The notes: generated by a model not told the origin, from the letters alone. 63,217 nucleotides of DNA, filler included, from Octopus bimaculoides (GCF_001194135.2; 8 parts of 8 records of this genome joined end to end with filler, not necessarily neighbours in it), one strand, 5' to 3'; positions 37,450-51,079 are shown, counted from the whole stretch's first letter. A program made the numbers and translations.

Positions 37450-37695
37450 TATGGTGGCATGTAAAAAGCACCAACCTATCATGGCCGTTGCCAGCCCCCT
37501 ATGGTCCCTGTGCTGGTGGCCCGTAAAAAGCACCCACTACACTCACGGAGTGGTTGGCGTTAAGGAAGGGCATCCAGCTGTAGAAACACTGCTAGATCAG
37601 ACTGGGGCCTGGTGCAGCCTCCTGGCTTCCCAGACCCCAGTCGAACCGTCCAACCCATGCCAGCATGGAAAACAGACGTTAAACGGTGATGATAT
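37450..37695 (+). mobile_element. SINE family D (tail shared with the RTE LINE, (GAT)n end)
   Basis: aaaagcacccactacactc.cggagtggttggcgttaggaagggcatccagctgtagaaac...catgccagcatggaaa...gttaaac..tgatgat. Other copies at about 1960-2230, 5770-6085, 7740-7920, 13770-13960, 38455-38626, 38840-39050. Confidence 0.85.
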
Positions 37696-38099
37696 ATATA
37701 TATATATGCATGTGTGCATATGTATATTGTATATGTAGGTGCATATGTTTGTGTGTGTAGGATCCATGCATATATATATATATCTATACATGCATGTATA
37801 CACACACACATTTCATATATGCACACAGTATCATCATCATCACAAACTTTTTTTACATTTTCAATGTGAGCAAGGGTTGGATGTGACTTGGTGAAACCAC
37901 ATCCTGTTGCCAACCCTTACCGGTTCTCCAAGTAAAGGATATGTAATTTTCCATATCTTGGTTCCCAAGACTCTGGACGTGAATTTGTGTTTTGAAACAA
38001 ATTCCGTTGAATCTTGGGAGACTTGGTACACCAATAAGAAGAAAACACACACACACACACTGGTTCAAACCCACTTCTTTACTGTTAGTTGACCGAAGA

Positions 38100-39520
38100 A
38101 AGAGAAGTGGAATTGAACCTGAGATTATGGCATTATTCTTGGCATAATGACTCTCCTAAGACAACAAAAAGAATTTTAAGGAATTTGTAAGTGCAGAACT
38201 AATGGGAGATAAGTTGTCAGATGATGTCAACAAACCCCACAGCTGGTTGCCATAGTTCACTGGAAAGATTGGCAGAAACGGAGAAGAACAAGGACCAGAA
38301 TGAAGTAGTGAGATGTCAGGTATATGTAGCTGAGAGAGAAGCTTAACGTAAGAGGTGGGTTTTGCCAATATTCTGTGGCAAGAAAGGGTCAGAGGATTAG
38401 GTGTTCTGGATCAAAAAGCAGCTTGGTCATACGTGAAACAATACATCATCACCATCATCATCATCGTTTAACGTCCGCTTTCCATGCTAGCATGGATTGG
38501 ACGATTTGACTGAGGACTGGTGAAACCAGATGGCTACACCAGGCTCCAATCTGATCTGGCAGAGTTTCTACAGCTGGATGCCCTTCCTAACGCCAACCAC
38601 TCAGAGAGTGTAGTGGGGGCTTTTATNNNNNNNNNNNNNNNNNNNNNNNNNNNNNNNNNNNNNNNNNNNNNNNNNNNNNNNNNNNNNNNNNNNNNNNNNN
38701 NNNNNNNNNNNNNNNNNNNNNNNNNNNNNNNNNNNNNNNNNNNNNNNNNNNNNNNNNNNNNNNNNNNNNNNNNNNNNNNNNNNNNNNNNNNNNNNNNNNN
38801 NNNNNNNNNNNNNNNNNTGATATATATATATATATATATATCATCATCATCATCATTTAATGTCCGCTTTCCATGCTAGCATGGGTTGGACGATTTGACT
38901 GAGGACTGGTGAAACCAGATGGCTACACCAGGCTCCAATCTGATTTGGCAGAGTTTCTACAGCTGGATGCCCTTCCTAACGCCAACCACTCCGAGAGTGT
39001 AGTGGGTGCTTTTACGTGCCACCAGCACGAAGGCCAGTCAGGCGGTACTGGCAAAGTATCCATACACAATAACAGAGGAACATTTGCCCTCGCTGATGCT
39101 GCTTAGAAACGAGAATAGAAATGTTACTAAGAGAGACTGTTGAATGGAGAAAATTGTATGGGAGAATGGAAATGGAGAGACTTCTGTAAGTGGACTCAAC
39201 AGACAGACAAGCTCCAGAAGTCAAGAATTGCATGGTTGAAATTATGATTGAGCATGTGAAGGTAGGAAAAGCAGCTGAATCACCAGGAATAGCCATATAA
39301 ACATGGGGTATGAAGGGTCTGTAAAATCAGTGGTTGAGAGACAGGAAAAAAGAAGACTTTGTAGGTAGCAGACTCGCAGAAGTAGTTTAGCCATGACAGC
39401 AGCCAGGAAAGAAATTCTTCCAAATGCACAGAAGATTCTAGAGAAATAGCTGACAGATTCTGTAAAGTGAGGCAACTGAATTTGCAGTGTTTGAGGATGT
39501 TCTGTAAGTATACAAGATGT
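38100..39520 (-). mobile_element. Degenerate L2/CR1-type LINE endonuclease region interrupted by SINE D copies
   Basis: HFTESVSY..., PSY..LFL, SS...LG.SD.-like remnants by eye. Confidence 0.4.
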
Positions 39521-39544
39521 GGTATGACGTCAGTGACTGGGGAG

Positions 39545-39714
39545 CTGACCGGAAGGGCGAGTTGACTGGAAGGGCGACTTGACCGGAAGGTAGACTTGAC
39601 CGAAAGGGCGACTTGACCGGAAGGGCGACTTGACCGGAAGGGCGAGTTGACCGGGAGGGCGAGTTGCCCGGGAGGGCGAGTTGACCGGGAGGGCGAGTTG
39701 ACCGGAAGAGGAAG
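39545..39714 (+). repeat. GC-rich 17-bp minisatellite, at least 10 units, running into a gap
   Basis: Consensus TTGACCGGAAGGGCGA(G/C); unit starts 39545 to 39698 at 17-bp spacing. Confidence 0.95.
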
Positions 39715-40346
39715 NNNNNNNNNNNNNNNNNNNNNNNNNNNNNNNNNNNNNNNNNNNNNNNNNNNNNNNNNNNNNNNNNNNNNNNNNNNNNNNNNNNNNN
39801 NNNNNGGTCGTGGTCAGGAGAGGACGTGCCAAGCGAGGGCCTAGGTTTGGGAGAAGCAGCTGCTATTCCTAGTGTTCTTCAGGTCAGGGCAAGCTTCGAG
39901 GATCGGATACCACAAGACAGACTCGCAGTCGACGAAAGGAAAACTGAGGTAAGGCGATTACATCTACTCGCACGCATACACCACAGCAGGTAAGGAAAAA
40001 AATGAAGTGGAAAAAGTTTAGAGAGCTACTACCTCCACAAGCAAGCCACAAAATCCTTTCTCTGAGTGAAAGACACATTGTCTGACACTTGTTTACAAAG
40101 TGTGAAACAGGACAGTAACGAGACACAGAAATTGAAGGCACAACTTGCTGGTGCCTCAGTTTGCGGGAATAACCAATCATCTTCATCATCATCATCATCA
40201 TTATCGTTTAACGTCCGCTTTCCATGCTAGCATGGGTTTGTATTTCATCTGGGGCCTAAACAACAACAAGGAAGGACACATTAGACAATGTAGTCCTAGA
40301 TACACTGTGACTGAACATAAGACAGGGTGGTCACAGATGGAATATA

Positions 40347-40568
40347 CAGGAATCCCTCACCATATCACAGTTCACCTATCGCGGTTTATTATTTAAGATT
40401 ACGTCGATTCCTCCGCGGTGTTGTTTTGCATTTAATAATAAAATAAATAAATCCAATTATAAAAAAAATAAAATAAAATATACAGCACAGTACTGTTTCC
40501 ACTTCACAGATTTTCACCTATTGCAGAGGTTATAGAACGTAAGGCCCCCGATAGTCGAGGGATTACTG
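40347..40568. mobile_element. 222-bp pogo/Tigger-like MITE
   Basis: TA|CAGGAATCCCTC... and ...GAGGGATTACTG|TA; TA TSD. Confidence 0.75.
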
Positions 40569-41054
40569 TACACAAAGAAATAGTTGGTTGTGATTATCTT
40601 AAAAAATAACCTATCACAGAAATATATGTTAACACAGAACGTGTTCCGAACTACTCAAATGTAGGTACGATACCCCGCATTCACTGATCAACCGCCAACT
40701 GTTAAATGATTACAGTTAACCAAGAGCAAACTTTTGATGCAGGTCTGAAGAAGTGCTATGCAAATGGTTAAACTGCAAATATTAGCATGAATTGTTTTCT
40801 CTTTGAACTTTTGTGTGAACTAACACTGAAAGCAGAGTTGGCACAGAAACAAGTGTAATGGGTCGTTAAAGACGTGCTACAGTTTCTCTTTGTCTTCTTG
40901 TTTGGATTATGGCTGTCAGAGAGATGCAGAGATGTAGCTTGTCTTTTCAGCCAGTTGCACTTGTCTGAAGAGGTGGCCACATCCCATGGAAACTACAGAG
41001 CACCACCACACTGGAGACTAGCCTCAATAATCAGAAAGCACACAGTCATACATG

Positions 41055-41099
<45 letters not shown>

Positions 41100-41199
41100 N
41101 NNNNNNNNNNNNNNNNNNNNNNNNNNNNNNNNNNNNNNNNNNNTTAATTAATTAANNNNNNNNNNNNNNNNNNNNNNNNNNNNNNNNNNNNNNNNNNNN

Positions 41200-41233
<34 letters not shown>

Positions 41234-41957
41234 CAATATACACATGTATGTATACTGACATTGGTTCAAAATTAATTTCAGCAATTTTTCTAATGAAACT
41301 TGTTAATATTTTTCCAATCTTATATATTCGAGAAATTTAGGTTTTCTTCACTTTGCTTTTCCCTTTCTTTACTATTTGTTGAACTGCGGAATTGTGTCGC
41401 CATTGCTGGTGCTTAAACAAAATGTAACTGACACAGTCACACGAAGAATTATCGAGCCAGCCAGGGAGCCACTGCTTGATCTATCTCAAAACTCATCCTA
41501 TATCTTAAGAAAAAAAAAATTATACAAAGCAAAATGTATTTCAAGGTACACTATATCAATAACTGAATTTTTAAAGTTTTTTGTAGTGGATTGAATATAT
41601 CGAAGGTAGATTTACTCAACTAATGTCAAGATGGGGCTCAACAATTGTTTATTTATTGCTCACAATCATGCTTGTGTGTGTGCGTTTGTGTGTCCATATG
41701 TACATATATGTAACAGAGAGTATATGTACGTGTGTGTGTTTAATGAGTATATATACGTGTGTGTGTTTGATGTCAGGTTCTCTTCTACCCGAGAGAATAA
41801 ACATTCATTAGCTGAACGCCAAAAATTCAGTTCTTCATAAGCTTTATAAGCACGTTTATATATAAATATATATACATATATGCATACATGCATACATACA
41901 TACATGCATACATACATACATACATATTTATGTATGTTTATGTATATCTATTTTTTT

Positions 41958-42070
41958 TATACAAGAATGTTGTTAATAGTAACTTCAAAGTTTCGGCTAG
42001 CTAAACCATTGCTGGACGATGAGTTAGCTGACCGAAATTTCGAAGTCCCTGTCAATAACATTCTTGTATA
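41958..42070. repeat. 113-bp inverted-repeat hairpin (47-bp arms, 19-nt spacer), probable old MITE
   Basis: Arms 41958-42004 and 42024-42070 match at 38 of 47 bases; outer 14 bp perfect; TA at both ends. Confidence 0.85.
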
Positions 42071-42428
42071 AGGGAAATAAATTTGTACTCTCCAAAACTA
42101 TGCAGCGAGCTTGCGGGCAAACTGCTTAGCGGATTTCATCCGTCTGTACGTTCCGAGTTCAAATTCCGCTGAGGTTGACTTTACCTTTCATCATTTCAGG
42201 GTCGATAAAATAAGTACCAGTTGAGTACTGGGGTTGATGTAATCGGCTATCCACTCCCCCCACTCACAAAATTCAGGCCTTGTGCCTATAGTCGAAAGGA
42301 TTATAACTGAACATAAAAACAAACATTAATATAAATCATTATAAGCATGTATGTATATAGATATATATATATATATTAATTTGTATATGTTAAACTATAT
42401 ATTTTTATGTAGGTATATGTGTGTGTGC

Positions 42429-42470
<42 letters not shown>

Positions 42471-42809
42471 GTACGTGAATATGTTTGCATGTATGCGTGT
42501 ATATGACAATGTCTTTCACCCTCAACTGTGGCCTTTTCTATGACTTGCCCCGCAACTATATTTCCTCTTTTATGTGCCTGGTATTTCTATGTGCGCTTTT
42601 GTATCTCTGCATGTGTAATTATAAACTGAGTCATGGTATGGTATAGTGTCTATATGTTTACAGCGGTAATGCATCAATGTGTGCACTAGAATGATTTGTT
42701 CTCCTTTACGTTATACATACGCGTGCACACAAGCAAACATAAACACACGTAAAAAAAAAAGCACGCGCAAACATAAACACATGCACACACATACATATAA
42801 ATGTGCTTG

Positions 42810-42913
<104 letters not shown>

Positions 42914-43422
42914 TTGTATGTGTGTGTGTGTGAAGACGTCCGATTAGCAAAATTGTTCAAGTGTCAGGAAAATGTCTAGCCATTATTTTTCTCTCTTTTG
43001 TCGTTTTGCGTTCAAATTCTGCTGAGGTCGATTTTGCCTTTTATCCATCATGGTTCGATAAATAAAGTACCAGTCAAAATTTTACTCTCTATATCTCTCT
43101 GTCTCTTTCCCTATCTATCTCTATTTCTCTCTCTCTCTTTCCCCTCTCTCTCTCTTCTCCCTCTCTCTCTCTCTCTTTACCCTCACCTCTCTCTTTCTAT
43201 CTATCTATCTGTCTATCTCTCTGAGAATGTGTCACAGTGTGACATAAGAAAGTCGTAGCGAACCACTTATTGTCTCTTTTTTCCTCTAAGAAGTGGAGGA
43301 GGCTAAGCCAGAGGTTAAGAACCTCTCCCATTTAACATGCTACGAAGATCATCCAAAGAAAACAGAAACGATAGGAATGGACAGACCGATGCATTTTGCG
43401 GTTCAAAAAGGTTTAAAATATA

Positions 43423-44588
43423 TAGGAGTTGAACGAAATGTCAAAAACACCGCCTTTTATTTAACTACCTTTTTGTTGACAATATAACAAATTCAAAACT
43501 GTTCTGATTCATATGCATTATTCATGCCAAGTACTTCATGATATAGCTCTTTGTTGTTCTTTTCTTTTTACAGATATTTATAATTAAGTTAAAATGTGTG
43601 ACATCTGATTTCCGAAAAAAAGACAAGTTGCTGAAGCTTCAGCTACTAAAATCGCTGAATTGTTTAATGTTTCGAGAATTACAGGCTCTAATAATCATGC
43701 TGACATTCTAAAACCAGGATAAAACCAACTCTGGCAAGAATAATTCTGGATGGAAGGCAAAGCTCACAAAGAGGGGCTGCTGAAGAGTAAAATATGTTGT
43801 GTCTTAAAGCCATCGAACCACAATACATTGCCAGCCCTTCGTCAACCAAAATCCTTCGTCGTGAGCTTCATAAAGTTGAATACTGTGGAGGAACTGCAAT
43901 TGCTAAACCTCTCCTATCCCCATCAACATTGATGAGCAGAGGAAAATGGTTTCTAGATTATCAGAAGTGGTCAATGGTTTAATGGTCATCTTTGCAAATG
44001 GGTCATCATTCTTCCCTTTTTCCTACTTCGGAGCGAATTTATGTTTGAAGACTACCCAAAGAAATCTTTAATGATTTGGGCAGCCAGATCACGGAATTCT
44101 CATAGCTCTTGAGTTTGTTTGTTTTTCTTACATGGCAGAGTTAACACCAAGGATTACAAGACTATTTTAGCTGATTGTGTCCATCCTATGGTAAAAACAT
44201 TGCTCACTAATTGTAGTGCAATTTTCCAGGACGATAATGCATCGACTCACACGCAAATGTTATTCATAACTCGTACGACGAACACACAATGAAATGAAAT
44301 AAACCACTTATATTAACCTCCACAATCACTGGATTTCAATATAATCGAACATTTATGGTGCCTTTTGGAGCAGCAACTGAGAAGCCGTTTCCATCCACCA
44401 CCATCACAGAAAGAGCTAAAGCAGATTTTACTTGAGGAAAGGCTCAAAATTTCCCTAAAACCGCTCAGAATCTGTGCGAGTCAATTCATCGACGTCTTAA
44501 AGCTGTGATTGGTGCCAAAGCTGAACTAACACATATTAGATAAAACTTCCTCTTCACAAGGTGTTTCCATTATTTTGTCCAACCCCTG
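43423..44588 (+). mobile_element. Tc1-like (DD34E) transposon relic with both TIRs
   Basis: Right TIR reads CAGGGGTTGGACAAAATAATGGAAACACC on the minus strand; degenerate left TIR taggagttgaacgaaatgtcaaaaacacc. VIFANGSSF, IFQDDNASTH, PPQSLDFNIIEHLW. Confidence 0.85.
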
Positions 44589-45521
44589 CATGCAGACATA
44601 CGTTTGAATGTGTGTGTACGATTGTATATATATATATATATATATACACATATTTATGGCATTTACTACACAAGAGGATGGAATTAATAGGTTTTAATCC
44701 AAATCACAACAATTGTTTCTGTGCATCACCAACAGCTATTAGTTGCTGAGTGTTTCACATATACATGTTATTATATAAATATTATATAAATACAATACAA
44801 TATATTTGTACTTGCACGTCATCAGGTGAGTAGCTTTGAGAGCACTGATGGATCGCCTATAGTTTTCAATTGTTTTATACCCATGTTCTATTTTTTAGCA
44901 TTCCCTTGATAAAGAGCAACACACAGATTCATAAAAAATACCAAATAAATTTATGAAAATGCAGATCAAAAATATAAATTTTAAAATGGACAGGACAAAA
45001 TTAATCAACAGAAATAAGAAATCAAAATTATAAAATATAAATTAACAAAACCTCTTATTCAGTCCTTTCTTTAGTATAGGTATGTCTCGCCTTCTATGAA
45101 GATAGATTACCATTCTAAGAAAGTAATGTTGCCAAAATATAAACTAGAAGAATTCCTTATCCCCTTTGTATGCATTTTTCTTCAAATGACGTAAGGTCGA
45201 CTTATTACTCAAATCTGATACCACCTAGTCTTCCGATTTGCTTGTAAACTTTATTTTAGCTGTCCTTGGTTCCCATCACAGACGTTTAATCAGTCATTAA
45301 TACATGCTATTTGACAGGAAGAATTTCTTCGCCCGTACCCTTCTACATACACACACACACACACACACACATGTTCATTCACTTGGTGTATACATAAGAA
45401 AAAATATATTTAAATATGTATATATTTAAATGTGTGTGTGTATACACACAAACATTACCACCGATATACACACATAGTACATAGAAAAAGAGGAAGAGAG
45501 GAGAGACAGCGAGAGAAAGTA

Positions 45522-45665
<144 letters not shown>

Positions 45666-45900
45666 GACGCGTATACATAAATACATACATAAGTGTAGAC
45701 TTACGCACTACTAAAAGTCTGCATTGGCGAGTGTATCGCAGATAAGCTGACCAATGCGTGATCGTACGATATATAGACAGACGTGGCAAATTTAATGAAA
45801 TAAAAACACTAGACAGACGATAAACTCAAATGGCACAAGAAAAACAACCGACACTCAGCCTGGTACCCGAACGGTAGAACTATAAACAAGTAGAAATACG

Positions 45901-45964
<64 letters not shown>

Positions 45965-46012
45965 GTGTGTGTGCGTGTGTGTGTACATACATAAATACAT
46001 ACAGAGTGCATA

Positions 46013-46542
46013 CAGAGTGCGGTGAATAAACTGTCGTCTAAATTATGCAAAAATGAAAATAACATAGGCGGAGGAGTGACTGTGTGGTAAGTAGCTTGCT
46101 TACCAACCACATGGTTCCCAGTTCAGTCCCACTACGTGGTACCTTAGGAAAGTGTCTTTTACTATAGCCTCCAGGCACTTGATGTAGGCCTCCGTGCTGA
46201 GCCTGAGGCCGTGTGGAAAGATGAATGGAAGCATAAGGTCGCCACCAACAGTGATCACTCCAAACACCATGATGTTGACTGGATATTTGATTTTTATCAT
46301 TCTCGGTACATGTCCTCAGATTGCAGTGTCCTCAGATTGACGCCCAAGCACACTTAAATGTTCGTATTGGAGCTTCCGGCGCGAATTCCAAGCAATACAA
46401 CATGTCGTTTCCAAATTCCTGGCAGAGTGAATTGCGTCACTCACCCTACTATACTGTGTAGTAGACAAAATCAAAAGCAAACACTGCGCATGCGCGAAAT
46501 TAAAAGTATGAGATGGCAACAATTTATCAATCGCACACTCTG
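46013..46542 (-). mobile_element. 530-bp internally deleted maT element with both TIRs, containing a SINE-B head
   Basis: TIRs CAGAGTGCGGTGAATAAACTGTCG / CAGAGTGTGCGATTGATAAATTGTTG; KYPVNIMVFGVITVGGDLMLPFIFPHGLRLSTEAYIKC; SINE piece at 46066-46173. Confidence 0.8.
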
Positions 46543-46901
46543 TGTGTAGGTGTGTGTGTGTGTGTGTGTGTATTTGTGTACAAGTGTGCATGCATATTAT
46601 TATGTATATGGTTTGATATATGTATACATATATATATACATATATCAAATCATATACGTATTAATATGCATATATATGTGCATATATTGTATGCATATAA
46701 TATGCATATATATATATGCATATAGGCGCAACAGTGGCTGTGTGGTAAGAAGCTTGCTTCCCAACTACATGGTTCGGGGTTCAGTCCTACTGCGTGGCAC
46801 CTTGGGCAAGTGTCTTCTACTATAGCCTCGGGCCGACCAAAGTCATGTGAGTGGATTTGGTAGGCGGAAATTGAAAGAAGCCTGTCGTATATATGTGTGT
46901 A

Positions 46902-46948
<47 letters not shown>

Positions 46949-47142
46949 GTGTGTCTGTGTGTGTGTTAATTTTTGCTGTGTGTGTGTTACTTGAGCGTAC
47001 GATTAGATGCCTATACTTAGAGGTGAATTATTGACGAGGGGATGATCTATGTCATAACGTCACGTGCTAACAACAGCAGCCAGTTCGCCCTCGTATACCA
47101 CACTACGGTCATAAAAGAGAAGAGATTGGATAATGTAGTGTT

Positions 47143-47180
<38 letters not shown>

Positions 47181-47221
47181 ACACACATATAGACACATAC
47201 CCACACACACATATATATATA

Positions 47222-48401
47222 CTAGTAGAGATACCCGGCGTTGCCCGTGTCACATGGAATTGAAGAATTAGACTTTTCTTTTATATTTTCTAATGAACTG
47301 GAATACCTCTGATTCGAATTTCATCAAAATTGCAGATTAAGAATTTTAATGGGGGTTCTTTTCCTCTTTACACACCCTAACAAAATTCTAATCATGACAT
47401 ATTTGTCCCATATCACTCATCTTTATGTCCAGATTCCAAAATCCAAATCTTATAAAAACCCATTCAAAGGTTTTTGCTCCTGAAAAATGGAGCACATGGA
47501 GCACATGGAGCTCAAAAATGTGGGAGTTCTTTGAAATCGGAAATATATGCATGTTCCCTGGGTTTGTAAAAGAGAGCAAAGCTAGAGGAAACCAAAAGAC
47601 GAATGATCACAATAAGTAATCACCTACTCTATCCTAGTCGTTACTACTCCCAATGTAGGATTCCTCACCATACAGGTGATCGGCACAGCCGTAAGATGCA
47701 TTACGGGTCTATAGCAATTGGAAGGACGTGATCCAACTCAAATAAACATTAACAACTGTGTGACGTGTAAGGGGAAACTGTGTAAGGGGAAATGAAGGTG
47801 TCACCTCTGGAATTTGCCAATGATCACTATGCCGATAGATAAGTGAACAGAATAAATTTGCAATCTACAAGTCTCTTTGAATGACCAATCACTTATTTGG
47901 AAAGGCCTAGAAATTAATGTTACCATCTGGATACTATCTCTAACCCAGTGATAATAAAAAGATTCAAAGAAGGTCTGCAACCAAATAACTTTATGCCTCT
48001 CCTTTACTTGACAATTTATGCACCACATTGCAGAAATCACAATCTAAGCATATCTCAAAGCAAGCTCTTACACTGTTGTACCATTGAATGACAAATAACG
48101 CTCATCTTGTATCCTCGGGTGATTCTACAGCTTCCAAGACTACAATTGTATTCGTCTTGGCTTAGGAAAAATGACTAAATTGTGGAGGTTAAGCCCCCAT
48201 TAAGGGATCTTACTAACCTCCTAAGAAGTTGAAATTTTAGGAATATTATTTCATTTGTGTCTAATATCTATGGTTAAAATTTCAACAAAAATATATGAAT
48301 TTTCATGGGGTTTATGGCCTCATTTATGCCCCGTCACTTTCAAACATGAACTGCTTTACATCCGCCCTTATGCATAGAAAATAATTTTCAAATTTCATAA
48401 A
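47222..48401 (-). mobile_element. Non-autonomous Helitron, 3' end on the minus strand
   Basis: Minus strand reads acacgggcaacgccgggtatctctaCTAG|T, same terminus as at 279-307. Internal aaatttcatcaaaat motifs. Far end lost in the gap. Confidence 0.75.
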
Positions 48402-49227
48402 NNNNNNNNNNNNNNNNNNNNNNNNNNNNNNNNNNNNNNNNNNNNNNNNNNNNNNNNNNNNNNNNNNNNNNNNNNNNNNNNNNNNNNNNNNNNNNNNNNN
48501 NNNNNNNNNNNNNNNNNNNNNNNNNNNNNNNNNNNNNNNNNNNNNNNNNNNNNNNNNNNNNNNNNNNNNNNNNNNNNNNNNNNNNNNNNNNNNNNNNNNN
48601 NNNNNNNNNNNNNNNNNNNNNNNNNNNNNNNNNNNNNNNNNNNNNNNNNNNNNNNNNNNNNNNNNNNNNNNNNNNNNNNNNNNNNNNNNNNNNNNNNNNN
48701 NNNNNNNNNNNNNNNNNNNNNNNNNNNNNNNNNNNNNNNNNNNNNNNNNNNNNNNNNNNNNNNNNNNNNNNNNNNNNNNNNNNNNNNNNNNNNNNNNNNN
48801 NNNNNNNNNNNNNNNNNNNNNNNNNNNNNNNNNNNNNNNNNNNNNNNNNNNNNNNNNNNNNNNNNNNNNNNNNNNNNNNNNNNNNNNNNNNNNNNNNNNN
48901 NNNNNNNNNNNNNNNNNNNNNNNNNNNNNNNNNNNNNNNNNNNNNNNNNNNNNNNNNNNNNNNNNNNNNNNNNNNNNNNNNNNNNNNNNNNNNNNNNNNN
49001 NNNNNNNNNNNNNNNNNNNNNNNNNNNNNNNNNNNNNNNNNNNNNNNNNNNNNNNNNNNNNNNNNNNNNNNNNNNNNNNNNNNNNNNNNNNNNNNNNNNN
49101 NNNNNNNNNNNNNNNNNNNNNNNNNNNNNNNNNNNNNNNNNNNNNNNNNNNNNNNNNNNNNNNNNNNNNNNNNNNNNNNNNNNNNNNNNNNNNNNNNNNN
49201 NNNNNNNNNNNNNNNNNNNNNNNNNNN

Positions 49228-49267
<40 letters not shown>

Positions 49268-50508
49268 AACAGACAGACAGACATAAACACGCATTGCACC
49301 AGGAGAGTCCAGTGATTAGAATGAGATTTTGCATGGTAAGTATGTACGGCTTTTATCTTGAATGTAAAGCCGAAAGAACTAGTTAAAGTTATGTATTCTA
49401 TATTGTTTGAATTTTTCCCATCCTCTGCTTATATACATTTCGATGTCTTGAGCGTCTTCAGCACAATCAATTAATTAGGTTTTACAGAATAATATACGAA
49501 GGTGTGAAGGATGAAATAGAGACGCGAACTCAGACACTTGCCTCCATTTACACTTTGTCTGTCTTATGTATCACTTATGATACACAAGATATATTTCCTC
49601 GACGTCCATGTTTCATATATGATAAACATTTCCTCCATTTACCCTTTATTTGTTCTATATATCACATATGATACACAGGATTATATTTCCCCGACGTCCA
49701 TATATCATATATGAAAAAGATTCCCGGTTTTGGGTTTTTTTTTTTTTTTTTCAACTACTAAAATAACTGGGAACTTATGAAAGGAAAGTTTTATGTTACT
49801 GTGTATGAAACAGGAGCTAACTAAAATTCTGAAAACAAGCCTGGACGTATGAAAATGCTTCGGATAGGCAAAGACTTTAATCTGGACTGTAAAGAGCATT
49901 TCGCTGTCAGCCGAAAATGGAGTCCGGCTATGTGGTAAAATATTTCTACTCCACAACAAATGATGATCTCATCTTCATGTGTCAAATCATCACCAGTTTC
50001 AATGACCTCCCGGTGAAACACATTTAAATGTTATTGAACGCGTTCGGAGTCATGGATGAAGGTATACATAAACTTTGAAAACTTTTGTTTAACATTCACA
50101 AATGATATAAATATAATTGTACATAAGCTGTACCAATGGGATATAAATATATCGAGACATGCCTCCACATATACGCTGGATAACAAAGAAATATGAGTAT
50201 AGGATGTTTTAATTCGATTTCGACTTTCTCACTCAATGCATTTCAAACAACGGGAGTGTAAAAAATCATTTCCACAAAGTAACCCAATGCTGGATACTAA
50301 ACTTTAACTGAATTCGAAACTTCATTTTCTGTTGTACATTGAACAATAAACAATTACTTCCACCCCAAAAGAAAAGGAGAAAACAGTAAACTATCCTACA
50401 AAATTCTGAGGAAGGAGATGAAGCCATAAAATTATACAAGAATATTATGTATATGTATATGCTAATGTCTGTGTGCGCAGTGTATGTATGTATGTATGTG
50501 TGTGTGTG

Positions 50509-50541
<33 letters not shown>

Positions 50542-50918
50542 GTGTGTGTGCGTGCGTGTGTGTGTGTGTGTTTCATATAAACATACTTTTCCGTTTTCTT
50601 TCAATTGACCCATTTACTATCAAATAGCTGGCCACTCATGAATACTATTTGTCATAAATATCATATTTAGTATATCACGTTAGTTACGCGATCAATATAA
50701 ACGTGTGAATATGTGTGAGTACGCATGCGTGTATATATATATATTCGCGCGCGCGCGTGTTTGTGTGTAGCGTTCTGTGCTGGGATCACTGTCAGAGTTT
50801 TGAGGCTTGTACTGCCGATCGCACAACTGATTTATAGATATACACGCTGGACTATCAATAACGTACGATATTAATAAATGGTCAATCATTGCATAGTAAA
50901 TGGATCTAATGAAACAGA

Positions 50919-50980
<62 letters not shown>

Positions 50981-51028
50981 GTATATATGGAATATACATT
51001 TACTCACTCACCTCACTTCTCGTATCTG

Positions 51029-51079
<51 letters not shown>

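Noticed and set aside
37920-38040. Candidate PM20D1 upstream exons at GTAAG donors near 37919, 51949 and 57062
   Set aside because: Translations do not resemble the PM20D1 N-terminus; the first two lie in LINE relics.
38455-39050. Near-identical SINE-D duplication on both sides of a gap
   Set aside because: Roughly 97% identical and flanking an N gap: likely uncollapsed haplotypes or a scaffolding overlap. Cannot be called a real tandem duplication without reads.
39545-39714. CRISPR-like appearance of regular repeats (also 11383-11505 and 63075-63217)
   Set aside because: Contiguous tandem units with no unique spacers, no cas genes, eukaryotic context.
49423-49467. Other hammerhead-like motifs (49423-49467 minus, 44805-44830 minus, 51351-51390 plus, 33760-33790 minus, 40965-40995 plus)
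   Set aside because: Each lacks a closed stem II, an intact GAAA or a stem I; at most decayed Penelope pLTR relics.
49576-49726. ~58-bp direct repeat at ~92-bp spacing
   Set aside because: Ordinary diverged local duplication with no associated feature.
50746-50757. (CG)6 run with Z-DNA potential
   Set aside because: Short and embedded in ordinary (TA)n/(TG)n microsatellite sequence; no further signal.
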